DNA of 58,765 nucleotides. Source: a virus. Its lineage: Duplodnaviria; Caudoviricetes. This document shows, in pieces, positions 36,823-44,769 of this stretch; positions within the stretch are counted from its first letter, which is position 1, and every line of letters starts with the position of its first letter. The notes under the pieces are model-generated. The model did not search any database, was not told where the DNA came from, and saw nothing but the letters and a program-made list of their open reading frames with translations. The translations under genes were made by a program, and so were the position numbers. The stretch lies in IMG/VR virus record IMGVR_UViG_3300049828_000243, positions 1 to 58,765 of that record; one strand, 5' to 3'.

Positions 36823-37341
36823 ATGGAAAACGGCATGGTCCATCTTGAGATGCTCCTTCATTCGAAGCTGAGCAACTACATCGTCCCCGGCCTCGATAGC
36901 TACATGCTCGGCCGCGCACGGCTGTTTGAAAATACGCGCGTGCAACCCACAACAATCACACCGCACAGCCACCGTTTCGACTTTGCGTGCTGCGTACTAC
37001 GCGGCGCAGTCGTCAACACGCTGTGGTTACCGACAGACAACCCGTTGAGAGGCGACAAATTCGCCAAGACGACGCTGCAGTACAAGGGCACGCCCGGCGA
37101 ATACTCAAGGCTTTCGCCAGACGTCGGTACGTACATGCCAGTGTCAACGACGTACGAAGCCGGATCGTGGTACTCGATGCGGCACGACGAAATTCACGCA
37201 ATCGTGTTCTCGAAAGACGCCATCGTGCTGTTCTTGGAAGGGCAGGAAAAGACGAAAGACACGTGCATCCTTGAACCGTACGTCAACGGCAAACACGTTC
37301 CGACGTTTTCGGTGCAACCGTGGATGTTCGAGAAGGAGTGA
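36823..37341 (+). CDS. Cupin/double-stranded beta-helix metal-binding protein (putative)
   Basis: PHSHRFDF...VLRG.V.N and G..Y.M...EIHAI motifs; GGAG RBS. Confidence 0.55.
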   Translation: MENGMVHLEMLLHSKLSNYIVPGLDSYMLGRARLFENTRVQPTTITPHSHRFDFACCVLRGAVVNTLWLPTDNPLRGDKFAKTTLQYKGTPGEYSRLSPDVGTYMPVSTTYEAGSWYSMRHDEIHAIVFSKDAIVLFLEGQEKTKDTCILEPYVNGKHVPTFSVQPWMFEKE

Positions 37342-37345
37342 CACT

Positions 37346-37645
37346 GTGCGAATCAACAAGTACGTCATGTACGCAACAAGCTACCCACCGTGGGGACTGC
37401 TTCTCATGCCGTTCGGCATCGCAGCTCAAGTAACAGGCGTAGTCGTACAGGTGCTCGTTTTCTGGTTGTGGTACAGATCAGTGACTGCCAAACCAAAATG
37501 CAGCACATGCAACGACAAAGGCCACACTGGCGACGCAAGCGCACAGCCATTGAGCGACGCCTACGGTTACTGCGACAACTGCGAACGCGGCGCAATGCTG
37601 CTTAGGCGCCACGTTCGCAACGTGCGGCGCTTCCAAAAGTACTAG
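37346..37645 (+). CDS. Membrane protein with Cys motifs
   Basis: AAGGAG RBS, GTG start, TM then CSTC..G / CDNC..G. Confidence 0.6.
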   Translation: MRINKYVMYATSYPPWGLLLMPFGIAAQVTGVVVQVLVFWLWYRSVTAKPKCSTCNDKGHTGDASAQPLSDAYGYCDNCERGAMLLRRHVRNVRRFQKY

Positions 37646-37652
37646 GTGACCT

Positions 37653-37949
37653 ATGGGTGACACGGCAGACATGGCGGTATCCGAAACGTTCGACATGGAC
37701 GAGTACAGAAGCGCGTACCGTGCCGGCAAAATTCCGCAGCAACTGGCGTACGACCTCGGCATCGTAGACGAGCAGGGCAACGAACTTCGCGCACGAAGTG
37801 CTACGTACAAGACGTGCAAGTACTGTGGTACGCACGGCTTTGTATGGAAACAGGACAAGTACACTGGATGGCGCCTCGCGCATCCAAACGGCCAATTACA
37901 CATGTGCGCTAAGTTCTACGAACGGCGTGCACAAGTCAGCATAAGCTAG
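37653..37949 (+). CDS. Small zinc-binding protein
   Basis: AGGTG RBS; CKYCG...W...W...HMC. Confidence 0.7.
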   Translation: MGDTADMAVSETFDMDEYRSAYRAGKIPQQLAYDLGIVDEQGNELRARSATYKTCKYCGTHGFVWKQDKYTGWRLAHPNGQLHMCAKFYERRAQVSIS

Positions 37950-37956
37950 GAGCCTC

Positions 37957-38445
37957 GTGATGAAGATCATAAGAGTGTTCGAAGCAATGGCGATCATGAT
38001 TTTACTGATGTTCGCAGCTATCACACTGATTATTGCGCAGCACGAAACGCTAGCCATTTTGCTCGTCAGCGTTTCTCCACGCCTAGCGTACCTAGCGCTC
38101 GAACATGGCGCTAAACAAGAAGTCAAGCGTGCGCATCCGACGCCAACATACTTCAAGTGCCACGTCACACTAGACCCTGTCGAACACGGCTCAAGTAGAC
38201 GCGCTCTGCTTGAAAATATATGCGTGCAGCACAAATTTAACTTAGCGAATCTGTGGCTGTCGCACACAGAGCGCAGCAACAAGGACGCTTTTTGCACGTC
38301 ACGCGACTCCAGTTATGACGAGATGAAGTATCGCATGATTGTGTTCATGCACGCGCTGAGTATGCATGGCTTCTACGTGCGCCGCGAAAAGATCGAAGCA
38401 GTCGTGTACGACCACCGGTTTGCACCAAGCTCACCTCGGAGCTAA
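37957..38445 (+). CDS. Membrane-anchored hypothetical protein
   Basis: AGGAG RBS; N-terminal TM; VRREKIEAVVYD motif. Confidence 0.6.
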   Translation: MMKIIRVFEAMAIMILLMFAAITLIIAQHETLAILLVSVSPRLAYLALEHGAKQEVKRAHPTPTYFKCHVTLDPVEHGSSRRALLENICVQHKFNLANLWLSHTERSNKDAFCTSRDSSYDEMKYRMIVFMHALSMHGFYVRREKIEAVVYDHRFAPSSPRS

Positions 38446-38479
38446 GCTACGTTCGCCCGCCAACTAGACTTTGAGGAAC

Positions 38480-40888
38480 ATGAACATGGAGCTTGTGTTC
38501 ATGGGAGCGTCTGTCGCCATGACTAAGACGTTCCTGATGCAAAAGGGACTGTTCACTGCCACGCCGTACCCGTACGTGTCGCGCGTGACCAGCTACCACG
38601 AACAATGCGAGACACTGCAAGAGTTCTATGACTTGCTGGTCAAGCACGCTGCGCAAGGCCATTGCCTGTTCGGCGGACAGTTGACGAAACCACTGGTGCG
38701 GGAATCGCGGGCGGGCAAAACCTCAAAGTCCCCGCGCCAGTGGATCGTCTTCGACTTCGACAAGGTCGAAGGTAAGGACCACGCCGAGATCGTGCGCCGG
38801 TACCTGCCGCCTGAGTGCCAGAACGTCAGCTACATCGCGCAGCTCTCTGCATCGATGTTCAAGCCCGAAGTGGTCAAGTGGTCCGGGCACATTTTCATGC
38901 TGCTCAAGGAGCCGATGTCCGAGCAGCAACAGCGCGCATGGATAGAGCAAATCAATTTCCGCAACGCGGACCTTGAGCGCCAGATCACGCTGTCGGATTC
39001 GCTGCAAGCGCTCCACTGGCCTCTTGACCGCACTGGCGCATACACCAGCAAGATCGTCTACATCGCGCCGCCAGTCACTCGCGGGTACACGCCCGACGTG
39101 AAGAACCCAATCCAGTTGGTGAAGAAAAAGCAGTCGCACCTCACCGTTGCGCAGTTCACGCAAGTAGACCACATCGACGTGCGCCAGAAGATCAACCGCC
39201 TACGTCGTGATGTTGGTGAAGGCGAGATCGAGTACGCCGTAGCGCAGTTTGAAGGGCATGAAATCCTGCTCAAGTCAGGACCGTGCATGATCAGCGACAT
39301 CCGCGCGTCCGGTGACCACTACATCCGGTTCAACGTCAACGGCGGCGACAGCCTCGCGTACTTCATCGACCTTCGTAACCCGGAGATCGTCAAGAACTTC
39401 AAGGGCGAGCCGTACCTAAAGACCCAAGAGGTCGCAGAAGACTTGTATAAGGCGCTTCGCAAGATTGCGCCTAAAGCTATTAGCAAGCCGCCACTCGAAG
39501 AAGGCACAGAAGTGTTGGCGTTCTACGCCACAAATCGCGGGGCCTCTATTAAGACCGGCTTGTACCAGCCGACTACGCGTGAACTACGCGTAGACGACTC
39601 CACTGAACGCGCTGCCAAAGCTTGGCTCGCAGAATACGGCATCGTTCAGTACACGATGCTGCCCCATGTTGACATGATCTTCGATCCGACTGACGACACG
39701 CAGTACGTCTACGGAGCGACACAGCTCAACACTTTCCGCCCAACGGTGTACATGATGCGCCCCAAATCTTCCGCTGTACCGTCGTCTGTTGAGGACATTC
39801 CGCCAACGATCAAGATGCTGATCACGCACTTGCTAGGCAACCCTGAGCCGCACGTTGTGTCGCACTTCATTAACTGGCTCGCGTACATCTTCCAAACGCG
39901 CACCAAGACAGGCACTGCGTGGGTGTGGCACGGCGTCGAAGGCACCGGCAAGTCGTCCTTCATCAAGTACGTGCTAGCTCCGATCTTCGGTCCTGAACAC
40001 ATTCGCGTCATGCAGTTCAACATGATCGAAGGGCAGTTCAACGCCTTCTTGGAGAACGCGCTGTTCGTCGTGTTTGAAGAGGCAGACACGCGCTCCGTGA
40101 GTAACAGCTCTGCGCTCACGTCGAAGCTGCGTCACTGGATCACTGACTCACCTATCGAAATCAACCAGAAAGGCGTCAAGACATACAACGCGCCGAACTT
40201 TTCGAACTTCATCTTCAACTCCAACGAGCGCACGCCAGTCGTGATCTCAGGAACTGACCGCCGCTTCAACATGGGCGAGTACCAGAACCAGAAAATTTCG
40301 CTCTCACCAAACGCTCTGCGCACGCTACTCAGCGGCTCGGAACTTGACGGCTTCACAGACGTGCTGCAACGTTGGGTGGTGGATAGTAACCTCGTCACCA
40401 AGCCAGTCGAGACCGAAGCCCGCGCAATGGTCCACGAGGCTACGACTTCCATCAACCAGTTGCTCGCAGAAGCGATCCAGCGCGGCGATCTCAAGTACAT
40501 TTTGGACCGTATGCCGACGGATACGGAAGCGCTTGCCGACTTCCACAATCGGTTCAACCCGCTGTCGATCCTCAAGACGCTGATCGACCGCTACGTCGAA
40601 GAAGCGCGCACAACGAAACAGTCTCTGATGACCGAAGAGGACGCGTTCCTAGTGTTCCGCACGCTGATCCCGGACACTCGGTTCTTCCAAGATAGCAAAA
40701 CGTGGCGCAAGCGGCACTTTAAGTCGCTAGGTCTCGACTTCGACAAGCGTGTACGCGACCCGTCTGACTGGAAGCGCACTGCACGTGGCGTGCTTATCAA
40801 CTGGCAACCAGTTGAGTTCGTGCGCAAAGACTCCGCAACCTCACCGACTCCGATAACCGTAGTCGAACAACGGAAGAAAACAAAATGA
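38480..40888 (+). CDS. Primase-helicase (primase-like N-terminus with SF3/DUF5906-type NTPase)
   Basis: FDFD and SGHIF primase-like motifs; GVEGTGKS Walker A, VFEE Walker B, DRRF arginine finger. Confidence 0.8.
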   Translation: MNMELVFMGASVAMTKTFLMQKGLFTATPYPYVSRVTSYHEQCETLQEFYDLLVKHAAQGHCLFGGQLTKPLVRESRAGKTSKSPRQWIVFDFDKVEGKDHAEIVRRYLPPECQNVSYIAQLSASMFKPEVVKWSGHIFMLLKEPMSEQQQRAWIEQINFRNADLERQITLSDSLQALHWPLDRTGAYTSKIVYIAPPVTRGYTPDVKNPIQLVKKKQSHLTVAQFTQVDHIDVRQKINRLRRDVGEGEIEYAVAQFEGHEILLKSGPCMISDIRASGDHYIRFNVNGGDSLAYFIDLRNPEIVKNFKGEPYLKTQEVAEDLYKALRKIAPKAISKPPLEEGTEVLAFYATNRGASIKTGLYQPTTRELRVDDSTERAAKAWLAEYGIVQYTMLPHVDMIFDPTDDTQYVYGATQLNTFRPTVYMMRPKSSAVPSSVEDIPPTIKMLITHLLGNPEPHVVSHFINWLAYIFQTRTKTGTAWVWHGVEGTGKSSFIKYVLAPIFGPEHIRVMQFNMIEGQFNAFLENALFVVFEEADTRSVSNSSALTSKLRHWITDSPIEINQKGVKTYNAPNFSNFIFNSNERTPVVISGTDRRFNMGEYQNQKISLSPNALRTLLSGSELDGFTDVLQRWVVDSNLVTKPVETEARAMVHEATTSINQLLAEAIQRGDLKYILDRMPTDTEALADFHNRFNPLSILKTLIDRYVEEARTTKQSLMTEEDAFLVFRTLIPDTRFFQDSKTWRKRHFKSLGLDFDKRVRDPSDWKRTARGVLINWQPVEFVRKDSATSPTPITVVEQRKKTK

Positions 40889-41262
40889 GCGACGAACTTG
40901 AAAACGCAGCGGCGATGGAAGCACTGAAATCGTACAAGATAAAGAGCAACGAGTACTACGTGCTAAACCTGAGTAGCATCATTCGCTTCGACGCTACTGA
41001 ACTGATCTCTTCGATCACGCGTGAGCAGATGCTTACCATCGTCGTAAGCCAAATAATCCAAGCACTGGCATCAGGGCGCATGAACTCGTTCGACGCAACT
41101 GTCACTCGCCAGTGCCCGAACTGCCAAGTCGCTGAATCTGCGTGCACGCATAATCCGCCCGAATTTGTGGACACCTCTCCTGCGTCTGTGAAAGCCGCTA
41201 CAGACTTCGCCATGGCGATCGTGCAAGCTAACAGCGAAAAAGAAAAAGGCGCGCTGCAATGA
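40885..41262 (+). CDS. Hypothetical protein
   Basis: ATGA-coupled on both sides; CPNC. Confidence 0.65.
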   Translation: MSDELENAAAMEALKSYKIKSNEYYVLNLSSIIRFDATELISSITREQMLTIVVSQIIQALASGRMNSFDATVTRQCPNCQVAESACTHNPPEFVDTSPASVKAATDFAMAIVQANSEKEKGALQ

Positions 41263-41954
41263 CGCAGTTCACAGGTCACTGGTCCTTCTCAGCACTAATG
41301 GTGTACGAGACTTGCCCGGGCCGGGCAAAGCTTCGGTACATCGAAAAACTGCCAGAGCCGCCACGCAAAGAAAACGATCCTCTGGCACGCGGCTCAGCAA
41401 TTCACAAGAACCTTGAGCTGTACGTGCAGGGCAAAGAAGCACTGAGCAACCAAGCCAAGGAACTGAAAGCGTTCGAGCCCGCACTCAACTATATGTGCGA
41501 GCTGTACATCGCTGGGCAAGTCATCACCGAAGAACCGTGGTGGTTCGACGAAAACTGGCAACCGACAAAAGACCGTAGCCGCATTTGGCTGTGGTCGTCG
41601 CTCGACTTCTGCGTAGACGACGACAAACGCGTTGTCGTCGGCGATTACAAAAGCGGCAAGTCGGTGTACAAAGCAGTTGAACATGTGCAGCAGTTGCAAC
41701 TTTACAGCGCACTTGCCGCAATCAAGTACCCCGACGCAGACACGATTGTGTCTGAGCTTTGGTACATGGATGAAGGTCACGTCAAGCCGCTGGTGTTCAA
41801 CCGCGACGACGCGCTGCGCTACGTCAATCGCTTCGATCAGCGTGCACAGCGCATGTACGACGACAAGTTCTTCCGCTTCAACCCTACGGCCCACAACTGC
41901 AAGTGGTGCCCGTATTCGCCACGCGGTACCGGCGCTTGTCCGGTCGGCGTGTAA
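41259..41954 (+). CDS. PD-(D/E)XK Cas4/RecB-like exonuclease
   Basis: WSFS...CP; D..DYKSGK; QLQLY; C-terminal CKWC...CP (1+3 Cys arrangement). Confidence 0.85.
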   Translation: MTQFTGHWSFSALMVYETCPGRAKLRYIEKLPEPPRKENDPLARGSAIHKNLELYVQGKEALSNQAKELKAFEPALNYMCELYIAGQVITEEPWWFDENWQPTKDRSRIWLWSSLDFCVDDDKRVVVGDYKSGKSVYKAVEHVQQLQLYSALAAIKYPDADTIVSELWYMDEGHVKPLVFNRDDALRYVNRFDQRAQRMYDDKFFRFNPTAHNCKWCPYSPRGTGACPVGV

Positions 41955-41982
41955 CTACTTAATTAGCTACTTGGAGGTAGCA

Positions 41983-43455
41983 ATGGCTATGAAAAGTTCA
42001 ATTTTTGACTACGATACGCTGCGACGCGGCGGACGCAACGTATACGAAAAGCGCATCGCAGAACTTGAAAGCTTGCTCAAGCAGCAGAATGCAGAGCTTG
42101 AAAAGCAAACAAAGGTGCTCGAAAAAGTCGCAAAAGCACCGCACCAGTTTGGTGTAATTTTGCGTATCGACACGGATCGCGTCGTACTCAGTAACGGCGG
42201 CATCGTCAGCGTGCCGAAAGAGTGCTTGCAGGTTGACGTGAAGGTCGGCGATCAAGTGCGCATCGACCCACAAACCAATATGGTCGTGGCGAAGGACAGC
42301 GCACCGCAGTACGGCGGTGTCGCGCGCGTCACTGACGTGCTCGCCGACAACCGTCTGCTTGTAGACGACAACGGCACGCAGAACGACATCGTCGCCACTG
42401 ACGGTGTCGAGTTCAAAGTCGGCGACACTGTACGACTGGACAGTACGCGCAACGTGGCGCTTGGCGTCGTGCCGCGCACGAAAACCAGCTTAGAGCAGTC
42501 ACGTACCACTGGCATCACGTGGGACGACATCGGCGGCAACGACGGCGCCAAGCTCGAGATGATCGAGGCCATCGAACACCCACGACTGTACAGCAACGTG
42601 TTCGCTGCGTACGGCAAAAAGCCGGTAAAAGGTATCGTGCTGTACGGCCCTGCCGGCTGCGGCAAGACAATGCTCGCCAAAGCTGCAGCAACTGCGGTCA
42701 ACAACGGCGCTGGTAACGGCTTCATCTACGTGAAAGGCCCGGAAGTGCTCAGCAAGTGGGTAGGCGAAGCCGAAGCCACCATCCGCAGCCTGTTCCAAGC
42801 AGCACGTGCATACAAGGCCGAGCACAACACTCCAGCCGTCATCTTCATTGACGAAGCCGAAGCGCTGCTCAGCCACCGCACAGGCCGTCAGGCTATGATG
42901 GAAAAGACCATCGTGCCTACGTTCTTGGCAGAGATGGACGGTCTCGACGATACTGGCGCACTCGTCATCCTCGCTACGAACTATGTCGAGAACCTCGACC
43001 CTGCTGTCGTTCGCGAAGGGCGCATGGACCGCAAGATCAAGGTGTCGCGCCCGACGCACGCAGACGCGCTCGACATCCTCCAGCGCGGGCTGTCCAAGAC
43101 CGTGCTTGCGAAGAGCTTGAGCGCTGCCGACGCCGCGAAGATCGCGGCCGACGCGTTCTACTCGCCGCAGCTGACCATGTACCACGTCGAGACTGACGAA
43201 GCCGTCGTTGCCGTGACCATTAGCAACATCGCGTCCGGCGCCATGCTCGCCGGCATTGTCGAGCAATCTGCCACGCACGCAATGCGACGCGACTTCGCTT
43301 CCAAGGCCAAAAAGCCAACTGGCGTCTGCAAGGTAGACATCGAGTACGCGGTGAAAGCCGTGTTCGACATGAACAAGGACGTGAGCCACACCGAAGCGCT
43401 CGCAGAGTTGCTGCGCGGCGCCGACATCAAGGGGATCAAGCGTTATGCTCAATGA
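41983..43455 (+). CDS. ARC/Mpa-like proteasomal AAA+ ATPase
   Basis: GGAGG RBS; coiled coil, two OB-like segments, WDDIGG, GPAGCGKT, KGPEVLSKWVGE, FIDE, TIVPTFLAEMDG, GRMDRKIK, SGAM. Confidence 0.85.
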   Translation: MAMKSSIFDYDTLRRGGRNVYEKRIAELESLLKQQNAELEKQTKVLEKVAKAPHQFGVILRIDTDRVVLSNGGIVSVPKECLQVDVKVGDQVRIDPQTNMVVAKDSAPQYGGVARVTDVLADNRLLVDDNGTQNDIVATDGVEFKVGDTVRLDSTRNVALGVVPRTKTSLEQSRTTGITWDDIGGNDGAKLEMIEAIEHPRLYSNVFAAYGKKPVKGIVLYGPAGCGKTMLAKAAATAVNNGAGNGFIYVKGPEVLSKWVGEAEATIRSLFQAARAYKAEHNTPAVIFIDEAEALLSHRTGRQAMMEKTIVPTFLAEMDGLDDTGALVILATNYVENLDPAVVREGRMDRKIKVSRPTHADALDILQRGLSKTVLAKSLSAADAAKIAADAFYSPQLTMYHVETDEAVVAVTISNIASGAMLAGIVEQSATHAMRRDFASKAKKPTGVCKVDIEYAVKAVFDMNKDVSHTEALAELLRGADIKGIKRYAQ

Positions 43456-43768
43456 CCTTCGCAACAAAACATCGTCGTGGTTCAAGCCTGCGAAGCAAGA
43501 TCAAGCTGCGAAAGAAGAACCTCAGAAGGAAGAAGCGCCTGCGAATAGCAGGCGCGAAACGCCTCCAGAGGTAGTAACTGTGCTCCGAATTATCGGCAGG
43601 CAGACCATCGACACGAAGGGTGACGAGTTTCGATGTGGTTGCGGCGCATGCAAATACTGCTGCGACGGTGGCAACCAGTCTGATCCGCGTAACTTGGGTC
43701 GCGACACGTGTTTCAACTGCGGGATGCCTCGTTTGAGGTTTGTCGTCGATGCTGAAAGACGCGCGTAA
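43445..43768 (+). CDS. Cys-rich protein, paralog 1
   Basis: MLNDLRNKTSSWFKP; CGACKYCC; CFNC. Confidence 0.7.
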   Translation: MLNDLRNKTSSWFKPAKQDQAAKEEPQKEEAPANSRRETPPEVVTVLRIIGRQTIDTKGDEFRCGCGACKYCCDGGNQSDPRNLGRDTCFNCGMPRLRFVVDAERRA

Positions 43769-44063
43769 GAATCGCCAGTGGTTTAAGCCCACTGCACCCG
43801 TAGTCGACAAAAAACTCACAGCCGAAGTCATCGAGAAGCAAGACGTCGCGCCACCAAAGTACGACAAGGCTTGTCACATCTGCGGCGGCTGCAACGACTG
43901 CTGCAGCATCGCGCTTGTGTTTACCGGTAAAATTTACAACCGTACGTACGTGGTTGAGCTGTTGCGCTCAGGCAAGTGCAAGTCATGCAACAGGCCTCTA
44001 AGCGCTGACAGATCACATTGGGTAGGCAAAGAGTATAAAAAGGCACATGGGCATGGACTATGA
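43749..44063 (+). CDS. Cys-rich protein, paralog 2
   Basis: GAGG RBS; MLKDARKNRQWFKP; CGGCNDCC; CKSC. Confidence 0.7.
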   Translation: MLKDARKNRQWFKPTAPVVDKKLTAEVIEKQDVAPPKYDKACHICGGCNDCCSIALVFTGKIYNRTYVVELLRSGKCKSCNRPLSADRSHWVGKEYKKAHGHGL

Positions 44064-44769
44064 ACTGCTTGCCGCATTGAAAGGCCTCGCGATCTGTTCG
44101 GCACGACCAGACGAACACCACGTGCAGCTCGCAAAGAAAGGGTACTGCGTGATCGAAACAGGCCGCTTCGGCAAACACGTTTCGATAACGTCTTCTGGCA
44201 AAAAACTGCTGGCTTCACTGTCCGAAGAGCAAAACATCGCGCTGACAGGCGCTGCTATTGCGCGAACAATCCGTCGCCCTTACAGTAAGGCTGTGGACCA
44301 GCCAGTAGGTGACGCTGGCCCGGCTAAAAGCCGGCACTCCTCACGTGGTTCGGTGCCACGTACAGTCACCGCCACCGAGACCCAAGCGACTGCCGCTAAA
44401 CCGGCAGCCAAACCCAGCGAGATCGCCGCTGGATCGCTGAAAGGCATCAAGACGGGCTCGACGGTCATCGAGTCTCCTGCCAAAGCAACATCGCCCCCCG
44501 TTGGTCCGTCGAAGGTGGGGGCTCCTTCAAAGCATGCTGGGCTGAGCCGCGGGGAAGCCGCGACGACCGCGGGTCGGCGCGAGCAGCCAAAGGCAAACGC
44601 CAGCAGCCCAGCCCCCAACGCTGTCCGTGTCGCTACCGGACCGCTTGTGACGTACTACCCCGTCTCCTACGCATCAAAGGTGTCCAATGGCACGTGCGTC
44701 GTCACGCAAAACAAACTCTTCCGAGCCTTCCCTCTGGCCGCATCAAGTAGCGACGTGGTCGTTTCTTAA
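44047..44769 (+). CDS. Hypothetical protein: wHTH-like N-terminal ~70 aa, low-complexity tail running through the structured region
   Basis: L.KKGY...ITSSGKKLL wing-like motif; tail is atypical and overlaps the helicase gene by 83 nt. Confidence 0.45.
   Translation: MGMDYELLAALKGLAICSARPDEHHVQLAKKGYCVIETGRFGKHVSITSSGKKLLASLSEEQNIALTGAAIARTIRRPYSKAVDQPVGDAGPAKSRHSSRGSVPRTVTATETQATAAKPAAKPSEIAAGSLKGIKTGSTVIESPAKATSPPVGPSKVGAPSKHAGLSRGEAATTAGRREQPKANASSPAPNAVRVATGPLVTYYPVSYASKVSNGTCVVTQNKLFRAFPLAASSSDVVVS
44237..44645 (+). ncRNA. Candidate large structured RNA
   Basis: More than ten nested stems with A-rich loops and multibranch junctions (see findings). Confidence 0.5.

Noticed and set aside
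41632-41982. 117-aa N-terminal extension of the ARC-like ATPase given by the ORF track
   Set aside because: Overlaps the nuclease gene out of frame; a strong GGAGG RBS supports ATG 41983
44544-44575. GAGCCGCGG...CCGCGGGTC resembles group II intron domain V
   Set aside because: No proper upper stem or bulge, it sits inside a larger helix, and no GTGCG 5' end or domain VI was found; group I P7 elements were also not found
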